NCBI GenBank assembly: GCA_038999435.1
Contig: JAVZYR010000001.1
Location: 18,944 to 82,943, forward strand
Direction of reading: 5' to 3'
DNA length: 64,000 nt
DNA from: Candidatus Aenigmatarchaeota archaeon
GTDB lineage: Archaea > Aenigmatarchaeota > Aenigmatarchaeia > QMZP01
The stretch's first letter is position 1, and every line of letters begins with the position of its first letter. The notes under the pieces were generated by a model. That model saw only the letters and a list, made by a program, of their open reading frames with translations, did not search any database and was not told the origin of the DNA. Below, piece by piece: positions 59,401 through 64,000 of this stretch. The position numbers were made by a program, and so were the translations under genes.

Positions 59401-61206
59401 CTAAACCCTTATCTTTAACTTCCCACTTAATATTGCAGATATAAGCCTTCGGCCCACATCTGTCTTTTTCCTTATCCTTATCATACCTTTTTTTGAAATA
59501 AATGGTGAAAAGAAATATTCATCGTCTATGTATACATCAACTTGCTGACCAGTCAGACCCGGTTCAACTTTTATTATAACATAGGCACCAGATTCTTCCC
59601 AGTTCCATGGTATTTCATGTTTTAATGTAGGCTCTTTTGGCTCAACCTGAATCCTTAACCCAAGCCTTTTTTCTATCTGCTCAATAGTCTTTCCTTTTTT
59701 ACCTATCAGCTTTGCAATCACATCACCTCTGACCCGCACAACTATCTGCTCATCTGACACGACATCTATCTCTGCCTTCGGATCAAAATGGCTGATTTCC
59801 TGATATATCCTTTCCTTTGCAAGTTCCATAATTGGCGATACACCTCTTTTAACAGGCATTATGACATTTTCCTCACCAAATGTATAGATTTCATACTCAA
59901 GTTGTTTGGTTGCAAAATCCCTTACCTCAACAACAGGCCGAGCAAGGTCAGCCTCTTTCATCCCTGTAGGAATCCTAACAGTTAGGCTAAGCTCATAGAC
60001 TTTTTGCACCTTTCCCCTGTCTATAAATATTACAAGGTCAACGATTGTCGGTATCATACCAAGTTCAATCCTACCAATGAAGCGCTGTATTGCAGAGACG
60101 GGTGATGTGGCATGAACAACACCTATCATGCCAACACCAGCAAGCCGCATATCTCCAAATATCTTAAAATCCTGTGTCTTTCTCACCTCATCAAATATTG
60201 TATAATCTGGCCTCACAAGTAAGAGAATATCAGCAGTTTTTGCCCAATCACCTTCAAGCGGTGCATATTCTGTTATTTCTGGTCCAACTTGAAGATCTCT
60301 TGGCTGCTCGAATGTTTTGACAATCTTATTTTTTGATTGAAGAAACTCAGCAAGAGCAGAAGCAAAAGATGTCTTGCCCGAGCCAGGCGGGCCAGCAATT
60401 ATTATCCCTCTTGTTTGGTCAACAAACTTTTTCTTCAATTCTTCATGAAGCGCATAATCATCAAGGGTAACTTTTGCAATTGGTCGGACTGCAGTCAGCT
60501 CTAATCCATCAGAAAATGGTGGTTCTGCAATAGATATTCTTGTATTACCAAGTTGTACAACAAGCGCGCCAGCTTTTGATATTTCTACAAAGGCCTCCTC
60601 TTCTTGCCTTGCTTTGCTCAGCACCTCATCTATTATCATCCTTATCTCATCCTCGCTCATAGGTTTTTCTTTGATCTCAACAAGTTTTGTCTCACCTGGT
60701 TTGCCAACCTTTGCAAGTGGTTTAACACCTGCCTTGAGATGAACAGATTGCGTCAGGGGTGTGAAAAAATTTTCAAGAGCAATCTTTTTTATAGGAGGCT
60801 TAGGGATATATTCAACCTTCACATTCTCTGCCTCACCAACAAGTGCTTGCACATAATCACATGTTACCAATTTTCCATTTTCATGTGCAGCCACATCCCT
60901 TATTAGTGCATCAATCCTTCCTTTTTTTGCAAGTTGTATTTCCTCAAAAGTTGGTCTCGTTCCCTTAAAGCTGATTGTTATCCCTTTTTCCTTACCAAGT
61001 TCTCTTATCATTTTTATTTCTTCAAGTCCTTTGAAACCAAAACTTTTACCGCGTGACGCTTGGGCTTGAAGCTCATCTATTGCAGCTTTTGGTATGATGA
61101 TGTCCACATCTCTAAGTCTACCTTCCTTTATCATTTTTGATAAAACACCTTCTATTAGTACTGATGTGTCTGGAATTATCTTTTCTCTATTTTTTTTCTC
61201 TTTCAT
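59401..61206 (-). CDS. PINA ATPase (PIN + PilT/VirB11-like ATPase + KH)
   Basis: [34 protein letters not shown] motif. Confidence 0.92.
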   Translation of the reverse strand: MKEKKNREKIIPDTSVLIEGVLSKMIKEGRLRDVDIIIPKAAIDELQAQASRGKSFGFKGLEEIKMIRELGKEKGITISFKGTRPTFEEIQLAKKGRIDALIRDVAAHENGKLVTCDYVQALVGEAENVKVEYIPKPPIKKIALENFFTPLTQSVHLKAGVKPLAKVGKPGETKLVEIKEKPMSEDEIRMIIDEVLSKARQEEEAFVEISKAGALVVQLGNTRISIAEPPFSDGLELTAVRPIAKVTLDDYALHEELKKKFVDQTRGIIIAGPPGSGKTSFASALAEFLQSKNKIVKTFEQPRDLQVGPEITEYAPLEGDWAKTADILLLVRPDYTIFDEVRKTQDFKIFGDMRLAGVGMIGVVHATSPVSAIQRFIGRIELGMIPTIVDLVIFIDRGKVQKVYELSLTVRIPTGMKEADLARPVVEVRDFATKQLEYEIYTFGEENVIMPVKRGVSPIMELAKERIYQEISHFDPKAEIDVVSDEQIVVRVRGDVIAKLIGKKGKTIEQIEKRLGLRIQVEPKEPTLKHEIPWNWEESGAYVIIKVEPGLTGQQVDVYIDDEYFFSPFISKKGMIRIRKKTDVGRRLISAILSGKLKIRV

Positions 61207-61238
61207 TCATTTTAATATAAGTGGTATCAATATAAATT

Positions 61239-61802
61239 ATGTCAGAGTTCAAAGTAAAAGTAGAAAATGTTGTAGCATTCGTCTCTTTGGGAAAGCCGAT
61301 AAACTTACACAAACTAGTGAATCAACTTGAAGGGGCTGAATATGAACCAGAGCAATTTCCAGGGCTCGTGTTCAGAATCTCAGAACCAAGGGCAGCAGCA
61401 CTGATTTTTTCTTCAGGAAAAATCGTGTGCACAGGAGCAAAATCAATAGGTAAAGCAAAGGAAGCAATGGCAACAATCGTGGGGAGAATAAGAAAGACGG
61501 GTATACCTTTACCTAAAAACTATAAAATACAAGTCGAGAACATAGTTGCATCGACAAAAATAAAGGCAGCACTAAACCTTGAAGATATAACATTCAAACT
61601 TGAAAATGCTGAATATGAACCAGAGCAATTTCCAGGGCTCGTGTTCAGAATCTCAGAACCAAGGGTAGCATTTCTGCTATTCTCTTCAGGGAAAATTATT
61701 TGTACAGGGGCACATACAATAGATGCTGTACATACTGCCCTCGAAAAGTTGAGGAAAAAACTTCAGTCAATTGGCATAAAAGTCACACCGGTCCAAGATT
61801 AA
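61239..61802 (+). CDS. tbp: TATA-box binding protein
   Basis: Two YEPEQFPGLVFR...FSSGK..CTGA repeats. Confidence 0.98.
   Translation: MSEFKVKVENVVAFVSLGKPINLHKLVNQLEGAEYEPEQFPGLVFRISEPRAAALIFSSGKIVCTGAKSIGKAKEAMATIVGRIRKTGIPLPKNYKIQVENIVASTKIKAALNLEDITFKLENAEYEPEQFPGLVFRISEPRVAFLLFSSGKIICTGAHTIDAVHTALEKLRKKLQSIGIKVTPVQD
61335..61665 (+). repeat. 58-nt perfect direct repeat inside tbp (61335-61392 = 61608-61665)
   Basis: GCTGAATATGAACCAGAGCAATTTCCAGGGCTCGTGTTCAGAATCTCAGAACCAAGGG occurs twice. Confidence 0.9.
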
Positions 61803-61818
61803 TTTTTTATTTTATTTT

Positions 61819-62010
61819 TTATTTTAATCTATTTCCTTTGCCAAGTTTTGCTTTCCATTGCCATGCAAATTTTTTTATTTTACTACTCTGTCCAAAACCA
61901 CATGCTGAACATCTCTTTTTACTGACATGATATGTGTGTTTGCCACATCTTCTGCAGCGTATGTGTACCTTCTTTTGCAATTTACCCATCGACGGCGTTC
62001 CTTTTGTCAT
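61819..62010 (-). CDS. rpl37e: Ribosomal protein eL37
   Basis: TKGTPSMGK, CRRCG, CSACGFG. Confidence 0.96.
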   Translation of the reverse strand: MTKGTPSMGKLQKKVHIRCRRCGKHTYHVSKKRCSACGFGQSSKIKKFAWQWKAKLGKGNRLK

Positions 62011-62022
62011 AAAAATTTTTCA

Positions 62023-62244
62023 CTATTTCCCCGGAGAAATATAAACAATATTATCTCCTCTTATCAGAACTTTTCCAAGGTTAATCTCATTTTTTGATTG
62101 AACCTTTGCATCTTCAAGCCATATATTTATATGTGAGTCAAATGCTTTAAGCACGCCGGATATTGTCTCGCCTAATTTGGTCTGCACGATTATTCTTTTG
62201 TCAAGGGATGTCCCCAAAACATCAAGCGGTCTCTGCATATTCAT
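62023..62244 (-). CDS. Sm-like (Lsm/SmAP) protein
   Basis: RPLDVL, FD.H.N, IRGDNI; canonical Lsm-eL37 pair. Confidence 0.93.
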   Translation of the reverse strand: MNMQRPLDVLGTSLDKRIIVQTKLGETISGVLKAFDSHINIWLEDAKVQSKNEINLGKVLIRGDNIVYISPGK

Positions 62245-62288
62245 TCTATTAGTATGGATATATAAATATAAATGCTTTAATGTTTATT

Positions 62289-62669
62289 ATGCCAACTTGG
62301 CGTTTGAGATCAGCAAGAAAACCGAGCGGAGGACTTCTGCAAAGGTTGAGGAAAAAAAGGAGAATGGATAGAGGCGGGATTTTTTTAGAGACAAAAATAG
62401 ACGATATAAAGAAAAGGATAGATAAAGTAAGAGGAGGAGGTCAAAAAATTAGGCTTTTCTCTATCAATTATGCAAATGTGGCAGAAAAAGGAAAGGTGAA
62501 AAAAGTTAAGATATTGAGTGTTGTTGAAAATCCAGCCAACCCAAACTATGTAAGAAGGAATGTCATAACAAAAGGCGCTGTTATAAAAACAGAGCTTGGT
62601 CTTGCAAGAGTGACATCAAGGCCATGCCAAGATGGCGTTGTAAATGCAGTTTTGATACGTGAAAAATAA
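62289..62669 (+). CDS. rps8e: Ribosomal protein eS8
   Basis: KPSGG, VRGG..K, RRNVITKG, TSRP.QDG..NA. Confidence 0.96.
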   Translation: MPTWRLRSARKPSGGLLQRLRKKRRMDRGGIFLETKIDDIKKRIDKVRGGGQKIRLFSINYANVAEKGKVKKVKILSVVENPANPNYVRRNVITKGAVIKTELGLARVTSRPCQDGVVNAVLIREK

Positions 62670-62763
62670 CTTCATTTAAAAGGAAATAAAATAACGCAAT
62701 TATTTTGAAGCTTATGATGTAGAAACATTTATTTTAATAAATTTTTTATATCTTTGTATAATT

Positions 62764-63959
62764 CTACTTTTTTTCTTCTAATCCAGCTTCCTTGGCAACA
62801 CGAACAGCATCATAAAACTTTCCTTCCTTCTCATAATCATTAACAACTTTAATATATAATTCTTTAGCCATTTCTTTTAGCCCAGCTTTCTCAGCAATCT
62901 CAGCAGCCACATAAAACTTTCCTTCCTTCTCATAATCATCAATAGCTTTAATATATAATTCTTGAGCTCTTTCTTTTAGCCCAGCTTTCTCAGCAATCTC
63001 AGCAGCCCAATCAAACTCTCTTGTTTTCTCATAAATCTTAATAGCCCTTTCTGTTAGCCCAGCTTCCTTGGCAACACGAGCAGCCTCATAAAACCATCCT
63101 TTTTTCTCATAATCATCAACAGCTTTATTGTATAATTTTTTAGCCCTTTCTATTTGCCCAACTTTTTGGCAACCTCAGCAGCCCAATCAAACAATCCTGC
63201 TTTCTCATAAAGATCAATAGCCCTTTCTATTTGCCCAGCTTCCTCGGCAACACGAGCAGCATCATAAAACCACCCTTCTTTTATATAATTCTCAATAGCC
63301 CTTTCTATTAGACCAGCTTCCTCGGCAACCTTAGCAGCTCTATAAAACTTTCCTGCCTTCTCATAATCCTCAATTGCCCTATCTGTGAACCCAGCTTTCT
63401 TGGCAACATAAGCAGCATCAAAAAACCATCCTGCTTTCTCATAATCATCAATAACTTTAAGATATAATTCTTGAGCCCTTTCTTTTAACTCAGCTTCCTC
63501 GGCAAGCTTAGCAGCCAAATAAAACTCTCCTGCGTTCTCATACTTATCAACAGCTTTATTATATAATTCTTTAGCCTCTTCTTTTAGCCCAGCTTCCTCG
63601 GCAACACGAGCAGCATCATAAAACCACCCTTCTTTTATATAATTCTCAATAGCCCTTTCTATTAGACCAGCTTCCTCGGCAACCTTAGCAGCTCTATAAA
63701 AGTTTCCTGCCTTTTCATAATCCTCAATAGCCCTATTTGTGAACCCAGCTTCCTCGGCAACCTCAGCAGCCAAATCAAACTCTCCTGCTCTCTCATAAAT
63801 CTCAATAGCCCTTTCTATTTGCCCAGCTTCCTTAGCAACACGAGCAGCCAAATCAAACTCTCCTGCTTTCTCATAATTCTTAATAGCTTCATCTGAGCCC
63901 AACTGTCCTAAAATTTCATCTATTTTTAATGTTATTCTTTTGTTTTTCTTTTTCATCAT
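62764..63959 (-). pseudogene. Alpha-helical tandem-repeat protein (26/33-aa RAIxxYEKAGxFxxAAxVAEEAG units, TPR/SNAP/clathrin-like) split by a 1-nt frameshift near 63163
   Basis: The annotated ORF stops at 63150, but the same repeats continue in the -1 frame for about 132 codons to TAG at 62764-62766. Confidence 0.8.
63233..63701. repeat. ~115-nt perfect direct repeat (63233-63347 = 63587-63701), offset 354 nt
   Basis: Direct comparison; 354 nt = 118 codons = 26+26+33+33 repeat units. Confidence 0.85.
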
Positions 63960-64000
63960 ATTTGGTATAAAAATAATTTTTATAAATCTTTCAATGCCAG

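Noticed and set aside
62764..63959. CRISPR array or DGR template/variable repeat
   Set aside because: The repeats are in-frame coding units without unique spacers; differences are not evidently adenine-restricted; no cas or reverse transcriptase gene in the window.
1..64000. rRNA, transposase, integrase or provirus
   Set aside because: No long GC-rich structured RNA region, no recombinase or capsid motifs, and no att-like duplication of either tRNA 3' end seen.

Overview
Gene-dense, AT-rich archaeal chromosomal segment with very short intergenic spaces and mostly leaderless genes. It is most consistent with a DPANN archaeon, possibly Aenigmarchaeota-like (inference from gene content and multi-intron tRNAs). 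Most of the window is housekeeping: Topo VI A/B, TopA, a histone, MC1, a rearranged ribosomal-protein supercluster with RpoD and NusA, CDC48, MCM, IMPDH, GluRS, GatDE, ThrRS, EF-1alpha, Rqc2, AMP phosphorylase, PINA ATPase, TBP and Lsm. Two tRNA genes (Ser-GGA, Gln-CTG) each carry two introns. The strongest candidate for an undescribed system is a five-gene surface cluster at 3250-8244 that looks like a non-type-IV, donor-strand-type fibre or coat. It comprises a beta-helix adhesin ending in a copy of the subunit domain, a 64-aa membrane peptide made of little more than donor-like strands, a strongly translated major subunit, a membrane-anchored multi-Ig chaperone-like protein and a membrane-anchored minor subunit. 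Other notable items: a Nal1-like serine protease preceded by a free-standing copy of its N-terminal domain; an unannotated 18-aa acidic Trp micropeptide with promoter and SD; an unannotated Cren7/DUF5679-like protein back-to-back with the histone; a single inversion that explains part of the r-protein shuffle; near-perfect DNA identity between the ancient internal repeats of both TBP and CDC48; a GatE lacking its insertion domain; and a frameshifted alpha-helical repeat protein with hypervariable positions. No CRISPR array, rRNA, transposase or integrase was seen.
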